NCBI GenBank assembly: GCA_049514395.1
Contig: JBEKVC010000001.1
Span: 2,195 to 66,194, forward strand
Source of the DNA: Terriglobia bacterium
GTDB lineage: Bacteria; Acidobacteriota; Terriglobia; UBA7540
DNA: 64,000 bases
Direction: 5' to 3'
This document shows positions 18,287 through 25,830 of this stretch, one piece after another. The position numbers and the translations under genes are program-made. The notes under the pieces were generated by a model. That model was not told where the DNA came from. It did not search any database and saw only the letters and a list, made by a program, of their open reading frames with translations. The stretch's first letter is position 1. Every line of letters begins with the position of its first letter.

Positions 18287-19237
18287 ATGACTTGCCACAA
18301 CTGCCGGATCGAATGCCGGAAATTTGGGAAGACTCGGAAGGGTCAGCAACGGTATCGTTGCTGCCAATGCTATAAAACGTATTCCGATCCTCGTAACGAG
18401 CACCTGGGCGGCATGTACACTGCCCCCGAGAAAGTGGAACGCGTTATCAATCTCCTGGTCGAGGGTTGCTCTATCCGTTCGATCCAGAGGCTCACTGGGA
18501 TTGACCAGAACACGATCATGAAGATTTTGGCGCTCGCCGGAAATCGCTGCCAGAGACTACTTGAGAGTAAGTGCCGAAACGTGCCTGTGTCCGATGTTCA
18601 ATGCGATGAAATCTGGGGCTTCGTGGGTTGCAAGGAAAAGCGCAATCAAACAGGTAATCCAGACTTTGGAGACGCCTACTGCTTTGTCGCTTTTGAGCGG
18701 GCCACTAAGATGGTGCTGACTTGGCATCTCGGACGAAGAACTGCTAACGACACAGAATATTTTGTGGAGAAGTTGAATGAAGCGACCACCGGAAAATTCC
18801 AAGTGACGACGGACGGATTCGCACCCTATTTCGACGCGATTCACACGTCTGTCGGAACACGGGTTGATTATGCGCAACTCATAAAAGTCTATGCCGCTCC
18901 CACTGACGAAGAACATCGCTATTCACCAGCCAGCGTGGTAGATGCCATTGCAAAGCCACTATGGGGCCAGCCCGACCCCGAGAGGATTTGTACATCACAC
19001 GTCGAGCGACAGAATTTGACGATGCGAATGCAGATTCGTAGGTTAACTCGCCTTACGAACGCGTTCTCGAAAAAGCGGGCTAACCTGTGGGCCGGTCTCG
19101 CCCTGTACTTTGCTTGGTACGATTTCTGCCGGATTCACCGTTCGATTCGCGTTACCCCCGCAATGGAAGCGGGGATCACGGATCACGTTTGGAGGGTGCA
19201 AGAGATGCTCGAATCAGTTTTGGGAGTCAAATCTTAG
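18287..19237 (+). CDS. IS1-family transposase, single-ORF type (316 aa)
   Basis: N-terminal zinc ribbon CHNC...CCQC, HTH SIRSIQRLTGIDQNTIMKIL and DDE blocks DEIWGFVGCKEK, TTDGFAPY and HVERQNLTMRMQIRRLTRLTNAFSKK (IS1 InsB signature). Confidence 0.9.
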   Translation: MTCHNCRIECRKFGKTRKGQQRYRCCQCYKTYSDPRNEHLGGMYTAPEKVERVINLLVEGCSIRSIQRLTGIDQNTIMKILALAGNRCQRLLESKCRNVPVSDVQCDEIWGFVGCKEKRNQTGNPDFGDAYCFVAFERATKMVLTWHLGRRTANDTEYFVEKLNEATTGKFQVTTDGFAPYFDAIHTSVGTRVDYAQLIKVYAAPTDEEHRYSPASVVDAIAKPLWGQPDPERICTSHVERQNLTMRMQIRRLTRLTNAFSKKRANLWAGLALYFAWYDFCRIHRSIRVTPAMEAGITDHVWRVQEMLESVLGVKS

Positions 19238-19255
19238 AAAGGAGGCAAGAACCGC

Positions 19256-19489
19256 ATGGCCTTTTCAGAAGATACAAAGGATGCAGCATGGCGGAGAGCA
19301 GGCGGTAAATGCGAATGCACTCGCAGTGTCTGCTCTCACCATGCTGGTCGCTGCAACGAATCGCTAACCGCTGGGAACTGGCACGCTCATCATAAGACCG
19401 CCGAGATCATCGGCGGAAGCGACAATCTATCTAACTGCGAAGCTCTCTGCATTCGGTGTCACAAGAACACCCGAACGTATGGTGCTTAG
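19256..19489 (+). CDS. Small HNH endonuclease-domain protein (77 aa)
   Basis: SD AAGGAGG upstream. Motif NWHAHHKTAEIIGGSDNLSNCEALCIRCHKNT gives the H-N-H arrangement with flanking Cys pairs. Confidence 0.7.
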   Translation: MAFSEDTKDAAWRRAGGKCECTRSVCSHHAGRCNESLTAGNWHAHHKTAEIIGGSDNLSNCEALCIRCHKNTRTYGA

Positions 19490-19817
19490 CCAAAACTCGC
19501 TTTAGGGCAGAGAAGGCTCTACCAGAGTCCTCTGCCCTAGAGCTTATTTTCCCCATCGCATCACTGCCGTTAAAAACCTCAACGGAAACGGAGTATTCCC
19601 CCACAGAACGTAAAGCTGGCTCAATAATCTCGAACAAAAAATTCCCAACAGTCTGCCATCCGTCAAGCTGGAAATACACGTAGGCTTCACCCGGATCGCC
19701 TTGGCAACTGCCAACCGTCTGAAGGTGAGGCAGAGTATTCAGCAGTTCTACTATCTCGGCCATACGCTCATCGACGTGTGCGTTGACCTTGACCCAAGTT
19801 TGCGGATGACTAGACAC
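19431..19817 (-). CDS. Hypothetical protein (128 aa) inside the IS right arm
   Basis: GTG start with GGAG 7 nt upstream and protein-like composition. Its 3' end overlaps the HNH gene convergently by 59 nt, which lowers confidence. Confidence 0.45.
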   Translation of the reverse strand: MSSHPQTWVKVNAHVDERMAEIVELLNTLPHLQTVGSCQGDPGEAYVYFQLDGWQTVGNFLFEIIEPALRSVGEYSVSVEVFNGSDAMGKISSRAEDSGRAFSALKRVLAKHHTFGCSCDTECRELRS

Positions 19818-19968
19818 CTTACCGCTCCAGAGATTATTGATAGAGCAAGAAAAACTTCACAGAGATCAACACAAATTTCAGGCACCACCCTAATTTCCAG
19901 TTTCTTGACTTGCTTCGCGCGGGTACCTAGAATTGACAGTTTGCATCACTGACAGGCAGGCTGACTGT

Positions 19969-21492
19969 ATGCCGTTCCGCATCTACAACACACTGAGCGG
20001 GCAAATCGAAGAGTTCAAGCCGCTCCACGACAATAAGGTCGGCATGTATACCTGCGGGCCCACTGTTTACGATTTCCCCCACATCGGCAATTACCGGACC
20101 TTCGTGTTCCAGGACATCCTGCGACGCTGGCTGAAGTACCGGGGATACACGCTCCGGCACGTCATGAACCTGACGGATGTGGACGACAACACCATCCGCA
20201 ATTCCCAAGCCGCGGGCGTGTCGTTGCGCGAGTACACAGAGAAATACGTCGAAGCCTTCCAAATGGATCGCCAACTCTTGAGCCTCGAGGATCCTGAAAT
20301 CGTAGTGCGCGCCACGGACTCGATCGCTGACATGGTGAAGGTGATCCAGACGCTGGTTGAAAAAGGTTACGCCTACGCGAGTGAGGGCTCGATCTACTTC
20401 CGGGTGGCCGCATTCAAGAATTATGGCCAACTGTCCAAGATCGACCTTTCGGGCATCCGCGACGGGGCACGGATTGATACGGACAAGTACGACAAGAACG
20501 ACGCCCGCGACTTTGCGCTCTGGAAGGCGCCGAAGGAAGGCGAGCCCTTTTGGGAGACGCCGCTCGGCCCCGGGCGGCCCGGCTGGCACATCGAGTGCTC
20601 GGTGATGTCCATGAAATTCCTGGGCGAGACTTTTGACATCCACTCCGGAGGCGTCGATCTTATCTTCCCCCATCACGAGAACGAGATTGCGCAGAGCGAG
20701 GCGGCCACGGGCAAGCCCTTCGTGCGCTACTGGCTGCACGCCGAGCATCTAATCGTCAACGGCGAGAAGATGTCGAAGTCACTGGGCAATTTCTATACGC
20801 TGCGCGACCTTTTAGCCAAGGGTTACAAGCCCTCGGCGATCCGATACTTGCTGGCCTCTGTCCCTTACCGCCGGCATTTGAACTTCACCTTTGATGGCCT
20901 GCACCAGGCGCAACAATCCATCGACCGGCTCAGGAATTTCCGCTTCCGGCTTACCCAAGAGTCATTCTCTGCGGGGGAGAATGCCGCTTTGCAGGATCGT
21001 GCCCGCGCCGCCTGCCAGGCGTTTGAAGATGCCATGGACGACAACTTGAACACCGCCGAAGCCCTCGGCGCCGTCTTCGCCATGGTGCGGGATGGAAACA
21101 CAGCCATGGACCAGGGCGAATTCCGCACGGGTGATCGCGCTGCCTTCCTGGACACGCTGGAGCGCTGGGACCGCATCTTCTGCGTTCTCGACGACAATGA
21201 CCACGAAAAGCTGGTGAAATTTGGTTTCATCAAATCCCGCGATTCAAGCCTGGGCGCTCTCGTCTCTCCGCCGCCTGCGGACGTCGGACAGCCGGCAATT
21301 GGGAATGGGCACACCGGCGCGGTGGCGATGGAGTCGCTGAGCAACGAGGAAATCGAGAGATGGGTTGCGGAACGTGACGAGGCGCGTCGCAAGGGCAGTT
21401 TTACCCGCGCCGATGAAATTCGCCAGAATCTTCAGAAGGTCGGTGTTATACTAGAGGATAGCAAGCTCGGAACTCGTTGGAAGCGGGAGTAG
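19969..21492 (+). CDS. cysS: Cysteine--tRNA ligase
   Basis: MPFRIYNTLSG start, HIGH-type motif PHIGNYRT and KMSKS motif. The ORF-track TTG at 19933 is more likely part of a TTGACA box. Confidence 0.92.
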   Translation: MPFRIYNTLSGQIEEFKPLHDNKVGMYTCGPTVYDFPHIGNYRTFVFQDILRRWLKYRGYTLRHVMNLTDVDDNTIRNSQAAGVSLREYTEKYVEAFQMDRQLLSLEDPEIVVRATDSIADMVKVIQTLVEKGYAYASEGSIYFRVAAFKNYGQLSKIDLSGIRDGARIDTDKYDKNDARDFALWKAPKEGEPFWETPLGPGRPGWHIECSVMSMKFLGETFDIHSGGVDLIFPHHENEIAQSEAATGKPFVRYWLHAEHLIVNGEKMSKSLGNFYTLRDLLAKGYKPSAIRYLLASVPYRRHLNFTFDGLHQAQQSIDRLRNFRFRLTQESFSAGENAALQDRARAACQAFEDAMDDNLNTAEALGAVFAMVRDGNTAMDQGEFRTGDRAAFLDTLERWDRIFCVLDDNDHEKLVKFGFIKSRDSSLGALVSPPPADVGQPAIGNGHTGAVAMESLSNEEIERWVAERDEARRKGSFTRADEIRQNLQKVGVILEDSKLGTRWKRE

Positions 21493-21707
21493 TCATGTCC
21501 ACTCTGCGGCTTACACTTCCTTTATTGGCACGACCCAACCTTTTTGGCGGGGACTAATCCCTCACAACGCAGAGTGGCCGGGGCCGCAGCCAAATGCGTA
21601 GGGGCCAGCGGCGCTGGCCCAAGGCCGAACGCCGTTCGGCCCTACGAAATCCCCAAAACGTTTGCTAGGAAAGCGCCAGCCAGAAGGCAGCGCAGAGGAG
21701 GATTCAC

Positions 21708-23045
21708 ATGGAAAAGAAGGTCCCTTCAATCAAAACGCCTCTCCCCGGTCCGGAAGCTCAGAAGGTCCTGGCACTCGACCGCCAATTCATCTCGCCTTCG
21801 TATACGCGGGACTACCCCATGGTCGCCCAACGGGGCGAAGGCGTGGGCGTCGAAGACGTGGATGGGAATCTGTTTCTGGATTTCGCGGCGGGCATCGCTG
21901 TGGTATCCACGGGCCATTGTCACCCAGATGTGGTGCGCGCCATTCAGCGCCAAGCGGAAACGCTGATTCACATGTCCGGCACGGATTTCTACTATCCCCT
22001 GCTGGTTCAACTCGCGGAGAAACTGGCGGCCATAACTCCGGGCAAATTCCCCAAGCGGGTGGTATTCGGGAATTCCGGCACCGAGGCCATTGAAGCCGCC
22101 ATAAAGATGGCACGCTACCACACCAAGCGCCATCGCTTGATTGCGTTTATGGGCGCGTTCCACGGCCGAACCTTGGGCGCGCTTTCCCTGACCGCGAGCA
22201 AACCCGTCCAGCGCCGTGGTTTTGGCCCCTTGCTTTCCGGAGTGGCGCACGCTCCGTACCCGAACCCCTATCGATGCCCCGCCGGGCATCGCGCGCCGGA
22301 GTGCCTTTGCGATTGCGTCTGCACAGAGTTCATCGAGAAACAGCTCTTCAGGACGGTCGTTCCTCCGGATGAAGTGGCGGCGATTGTGGTGGAGCCGATC
22401 CAGGGCGAAGGCGGATACATCGTGCCTCCTCCCAGCTTTCTGGTCAGGCTGCGGCAGATGGCCGATCGGTACGGCATCCTGCTGATTTTCGATGAAGTCC
22501 AGTGCGGAATGGGGCGCACCGGAAAGATGTGGGCCTGCGAACATTCCGGCGTTGTACCTGACATCCTGGTGACGGCGAAGGGCATCGCTTCCGGCCTGCC
22601 ACTCGGCGCAGCGGTAGCTCGCGCGGAGTTGATGGATTGGGGTCCGGGTGCGCATGCCTCCACTTTCGGAGGGAACCCAGTGGCTTGCGCGGCGGCGCTG
22701 GAAACTATTCGCCTGCTGGAAGAAAAGTATGTTGCGAACGCCGCGCGCATGGGAGAATACATCATGGGCCGGCTTGCGGACTGGCCACACAAGCACCCCC
22801 TGGTGGGCCACGTGCGGGGGCGCGGCCTGATGATCGGAATTGAGTTAGTCAAGAACCAGGAAACACGTGAGCCTGACCCGGAGGCGCGCCACAAGGTCAT
22901 CGAGAGGGCATTCCATCAGGGCCTGCTCGTCCTGGGCTGCGGCGAGAGCACCGTGCGCCTGATGCCACCCTTGATCATCGAGCGGGAGCACGCGGATATC
23001 GCGCTCGAAATCCTCGACGCTTGCCTTTCCGAGGTCGAGAAATAG
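21708..23045 (+). CDS. Class-III PLP-dependent aminotransferase (GabT / acetylornithine aminotransferase-like, 445 aa)
   Basis: GNSGTEAIEAAIKMAR and FDEVQCGMGRTGKMWA motifs. SD GAGGAGG upstream. Confidence 0.88.
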   Translation: MEKKVPSIKTPLPGPEAQKVLALDRQFISPSYTRDYPMVAQRGEGVGVEDVDGNLFLDFAAGIAVVSTGHCHPDVVRAIQRQAETLIHMSGTDFYYPLLVQLAEKLAAITPGKFPKRVVFGNSGTEAIEAAIKMARYHTKRHRLIAFMGAFHGRTLGALSLTASKPVQRRGFGPLLSGVAHAPYPNPYRCPAGHRAPECLCDCVCTEFIEKQLFRTVVPPDEVAAIVVEPIQGEGGYIVPPPSFLVRLRQMADRYGILLIFDEVQCGMGRTGKMWACEHSGVVPDILVTAKGIASGLPLGAAVARAELMDWGPGAHASTFGGNPVACAAALETIRLLEEKYVANAARMGEYIMGRLADWPHKHPLVGHVRGRGLMIGIELVKNQETREPDPEARHKVIERAFHQGLLVLGCGESTVRLMPPLIIEREHADIALEILDACLSEVEK

Positions 23046-23171
23046 CTCGGGCAATGGACGCATCGGCGCGCGAATTTTTGTCCTTGGCTGAGACGTTCGT
23101 GACCTGTCAAAGTCGCGGATTGAGCGCTGAGCCCAGGCATTACCTGTCACACGGCGCGGGTCGCTATTACG

Positions 23172-23636
23172 ATGGGTTTGTTGGCACGGTTGATGTATCG
23201 CGCGCTGGCATGGAAAGAGCGGCAGCGCGCGCAAAGGGCGGCCTTATTACAGCAGGAAGAGCGGGGCGAATCCGAAATTCCGGACCTCGGTGTGCGCGGG
23301 GAAACTCTGGCCTATTGGTATCTGCGCCAAGCAGGATATACTGTAGTGGCGCGAAACTGGCGTGCTCGTTCAGGCGCCGGAGAGCTCGACTTGGTGGGGT
23401 GGGATGGGCCCATCCTGGTCTTTGTGGAAGTGAAGGCTCGGACCTCCGAGGCAGCGGGCCCGCCCGAGGCAGCGGTTTCCCCGAACAAACAAAAGCGGGT
23501 GATCAGAGCAGCCCAGGAATACTTGCGGCAACTCGGACGGAAACCCATAAACTGCCGCTTTGATGTGGTGAGCGTGTCATTGAACCCGGAGGAGGGCTTG
23601 CAAGTTCGGCTGCTCAAGGATGCTTTCAAAGCTTGA
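23172..23636 (+). CDS. YraN-family (UPF0102) endonuclease-like protein
   Basis: GETLAYWYLRQAGYTVVARNWR...GELDLVGWDGPILVFVEVKAR...RFDVVSV is the UPF0102 pattern. Confidence 0.8.
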   Translation: MGLLARLMYRALAWKERQRAQRAALLQQEERGESEIPDLGVRGETLAYWYLRQAGYTVVARNWRARSGAGELDLVGWDGPILVFVEVKARTSEAAGPPEAAVSPNKQKRVIRAAQEYLRQLGRKPINCRFDVVSVSLNPEEGLQVRLLKDAFKA

Positions 23637-23681
23637 CTGGCCGCTCCCCTTCGGGGTTTAGCCGTAGAAGGAGTAAAACCT

Positions 23682-24725
23682 TTGCCTGAACTAAGAAGAG
23701 ACCCCATCACCGGGCGGTGGGTCATCATTTCTACTGACCGAGCCATAAGGCCAACGGATTTCGTCCGGGACAAAGTTCAGATTCGTGGCTCGGGCTTCTG
23801 TCCATTCTGCCCTGGCAACGAAAAGAAAACGCCGCCGGAAATTCATGCTTACCGCAACGGTAGCGCACGGGATACCCCCGGCTGGTCGCTGCGCATTGTG
23901 CCGAACAAGTTCCCGGCCCTGGGTATCGAGGGAACACTCAACCGGCAGGGTGAAGGCCTTTACGACAAAATGAATGGCATCGGAGCGCACGAGGTCATTA
24001 TCGAGACGCCGGAGCACAACCTGACCTTGGCCACCATGCCCACGCGCAAAGTCGAGGACGTGCTTTGGGCTTACCGCGACCGCATTCGGGACCTCAAGAA
24101 AGACCGGCGCTTCAAATACATCCTGATCTTCAAGAACCACGGTGAGGCTGCGGGCGCCTCGCTCGAGCATACCCACTCCCAGCTCATCGCTCTGCCCGTT
24201 GTGCCGAAGCGCGTCCGCGAAGAGGTGGACGGCGCGCGTGAACACTACAACTTCAAAGAGCGCTGCATCTTTTGCGATATCATCCGCCAGGAGATGGAAA
24301 AGAGTGCGCGCCTGATTGCGGATAATCAGGCCTTCGTGGTTCTGGCGCCCTTTGCTCCAAGATTCCCCTTTGAGATATGGATCATCCCCAAGACCCACCA
24401 ATGTGCCTTCGAGGAATCCCAGAAAGCTGAATTCGAGCAACTCGCTCCGATTCTGAAGGATATGCTGTCGCGTCTGGACCGCGTGCTGGAGTGGCCTGCT
24501 TACAACTACATCATTCACACCGCGCCCATCGGGGAATCCACAGAGGATTACTACCACTGGCACCTGGAGATCATGCCAAAACTGACCAAAGTCGCCGGCT
24601 TTGAATGGGGCACGGGCTTCTACATCAATCCCACACCGCCGGAGGAGTCCGCAAAGTTCTTGCGCGAGGCGGCCCAGCCCCCAGAAGCTCCCACGGACGC
24701 ATCGCAGAAGGGCGGGCTGGGGTAG
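23682..24725 (+). CDS. galT: Galactose-1-phosphate uridylyltransferase-like HIT-family nucleotidyltransferase (347 aa)
   Basis: RRDPITGRWVIISTDR, zinc motif CPFCPGNE and the active-site histidine triad variant SLEHTHSQLIA. TTG start. Confidence 0.85.
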   Translation: MPELRRDPITGRWVIISTDRAIRPTDFVRDKVQIRGSGFCPFCPGNEKKTPPEIHAYRNGSARDTPGWSLRIVPNKFPALGIEGTLNRQGEGLYDKMNGIGAHEVIIETPEHNLTLATMPTRKVEDVLWAYRDRIRDLKKDRRFKYILIFKNHGEAAGASLEHTHSQLIALPVVPKRVREEVDGAREHYNFKERCIFCDIIRQEMEKSARLIADNQAFVVLAPFAPRFPFEIWIIPKTHQCAFEESQKAEFEQLAPILKDMLSRLDRVLEWPAYNYIIHTAPIGESTEDYYHWHLEIMPKLTKVAGFEWGTGFYINPTPPEESAKFLREAAQPPEAPTDASQKGGLG

Positions 24726-24828
24726 TGTTTTAATATGCGACGTAGGGCCGGGGCTTGCTTGCCCTAGCCTGGCCGCCCCAAGGGGCGGCCCGACATTCTA
24801 ATTAGGACACTCCCCGGGCTGAACCGGC

Positions 24829-24858
24829 TTGACTTTACGAATCACCGCTTCCTATAAT
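24829..24858 (+). promoter_or_regulatory. Consensus-like promoter for the tRNA-Gly/tRNA-Cys pair
   Basis: TTGACT (24829-24834), an 18-nt spacer, then TATAAT (24853-24858). It lies 30 nt upstream of tRNA-Gly. Confidence 0.55.
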
Positions 24859-24888
24859 CACTTGACGAGAGGTAAGGTTTGTGCCCAA

Positions 24889-24963
24889 GCGGGAATAACT
24901 CAGTGGTAGAGTGCGACCTTGCCAAGGTCGAAGTCGCGGGTTCGAATCCCGTTTCCCGCTCCA
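24889..24963 (+). tRNA. tRNA-Gly (anticodon GCC), CCA encoded
   Basis: Cloverleaf by eye: acceptor GCGGGAA/TTCCCGC, anticodon arm CGACC-TTGCCAA-GGTCG, T-arm GCGGG-TTCGAAT-CCCGT, then T-CCA. Confidence 0.9.
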
Positions 24964-25053
24964 AGAACTTCAGTGGCCAGTGGTTAGTGGCGAGGGGTGA
25001 GTGGTTAGCGAGGCAACTGACTAGCCACTAACCACTAGCAACTGTTCTCAGAC

Positions 25054-25128
25054 GGCGCGGTACCCAAGTGGTAAGGGAGAGGTCTGCAAAACCTTTATGC
25101 GTGAGTTCGATTCTCACCCGCGCCTCCA
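25054..25128 (+). tRNA. tRNA-Cys (anticodon GCA), CCA encoded
   Basis: Acceptor GGCGCGG/CCGCGCC, anticodon arm GAGGT-CTGCAAA-ACCTT, T-arm GTGAG-TTCGATT-CTCAC, then T-CCA. Confidence 0.9.
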
Positions 25129-25236
25129 ACATTCCCAGGCGAGCCGCATCTGACAGGATAATTTAAACAATCTTGCAAGCTGTGCGCCCGGCAGGTACAA
25201 TGCCGCCGCAGTGAATCAACCGGAGGAAAATGGCGA

Positions 25237-25572
25237 GTGCCGGAGAAACTGCCTTACGTACGAACTCTCATCTATGCGCTGAGGATCGTGGCTGGCACCT
25301 TCATTATTGCCTTGCTCCTTTACGCCGCCAGTCGCACAACCCGCGACTGCGCGGTTGGCCTTTATGTTTTCGACCTCTGTTCCTGGGTTTGGCTGCGCGA
25401 GCAATTGGGCCTTCCCTCCAGTAAGTTCCTCCGCGCGGTCTTCCTCGAACTCGTGGGACTGACGCTGACAGCAGGAATTTTCTTGACCATCCGGTTCGTG
25501 TTCCCCTTCTGGAGAACAAGCACAACCTCCAGCAGGGAGGGGGAAAATTCCCGGAACTCCGGTTCCCTGTAG
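25237..25572 (+). CDS. Small integral membrane protein (111 aa, about 3 TM helices)
   Basis: Hydrophobic segments LIYALRIVAGTFIIALLLYAA, AVGLYVFDLCSWVWL and LELVGLTLTAGIFLTIRFVFPFW. GTG start with GGAGG 10 nt upstream. A competing 64-aa ATG ORF at 25230 looks less protein-like. Confidence 0.45.
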   Translation: MPEKLPYVRTLIYALRIVAGTFIIALLLYAASRTTRDCAVGLYVFDLCSWVWLREQLGLPSSKFLRAVFLELVGLTLTAGIFLTIRFVFPFWRTSTTSSREGENSRNSGSL

Positions 25573-25622
25573 CAGGTTGATGAGAAAATGCAATCTGCTG
25601 TCCTCGTGAGCGCCCCCTCGCT

Positions 25623-25718
25623 GTCATGCTGAGTCCGCCGCGGCGGACGAAGCATCTCGCCCTGCTGTTTGTCGGTGGAAAAGTCCAGAGCGAGATTCTT
25701 CGCTACGCTCAGAATGAC
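25623..25718. repeat. GTCATKCTGAG...GAATGAC palindromic element (copy 1)
   Basis: GTCATGCTGAGTCCGCCGCGGCGGACGAAGCATCTCG...CGAGATTCTTCGCTACGCTCAGAATGAC. The arms are imperfectly complementary, and the left arm carries the GTCCGCCGCGGCGGAC palindrome. Confidence 0.65.
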
Positions 25719-25830
25719 ACACTCGATTTGCATGGGGATTTGATAGAATAGCGCACGCCCGGATCGGGCGCGTAAGATAGAACTGCTGAAAACGGCAAGC
25801 CAAGCGGTCCAGACCAATCCTGGAGGCAAG

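Larger units (their letters stand above)
16221..19889. mobile_element. IS1-family insertion sequence carrying passenger genes (3669 bp)
   Basis: Termini GGTAGTGCCTGAATTTTGTGTTGGT (16221-16245) and rc GGTGGTGCCTGAAATTTGTGTTGAT (19865-19889) match 22/25. The 8-bp direct repeat CTAATTTC flanks it at 16213-16220 and 19890-19897. Contains a single-ORF IS1-type transposase and is visibly more AT-rich than the flanks. Confidence 0.75.

Noticed and set aside
18001-18375. 124-aa ORF covering the transposase leader
   Set aside because: It starts inside the -10 region and overlaps the transposase start in another frame. It has an odd composition and no SD. The region is better explained as structured RNA.
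19927-20748. 273-aa ORF antisense to cysS. Similar long antisense ORFs lie at 21726-22811, 23691-24563, 35699-36694, 39234-39938, 40637-41554, 42219-43280, 47074-48057, 53262-53993, 765-1688 and 2748-3662.
   Set aside because: Each lies entirely inside a gene with clear family motifs on the opposite strand. The translations are Arg/Gly/Pro/His-rich with no motifs. These are the shadow ORFs typical of high-GC DNA.
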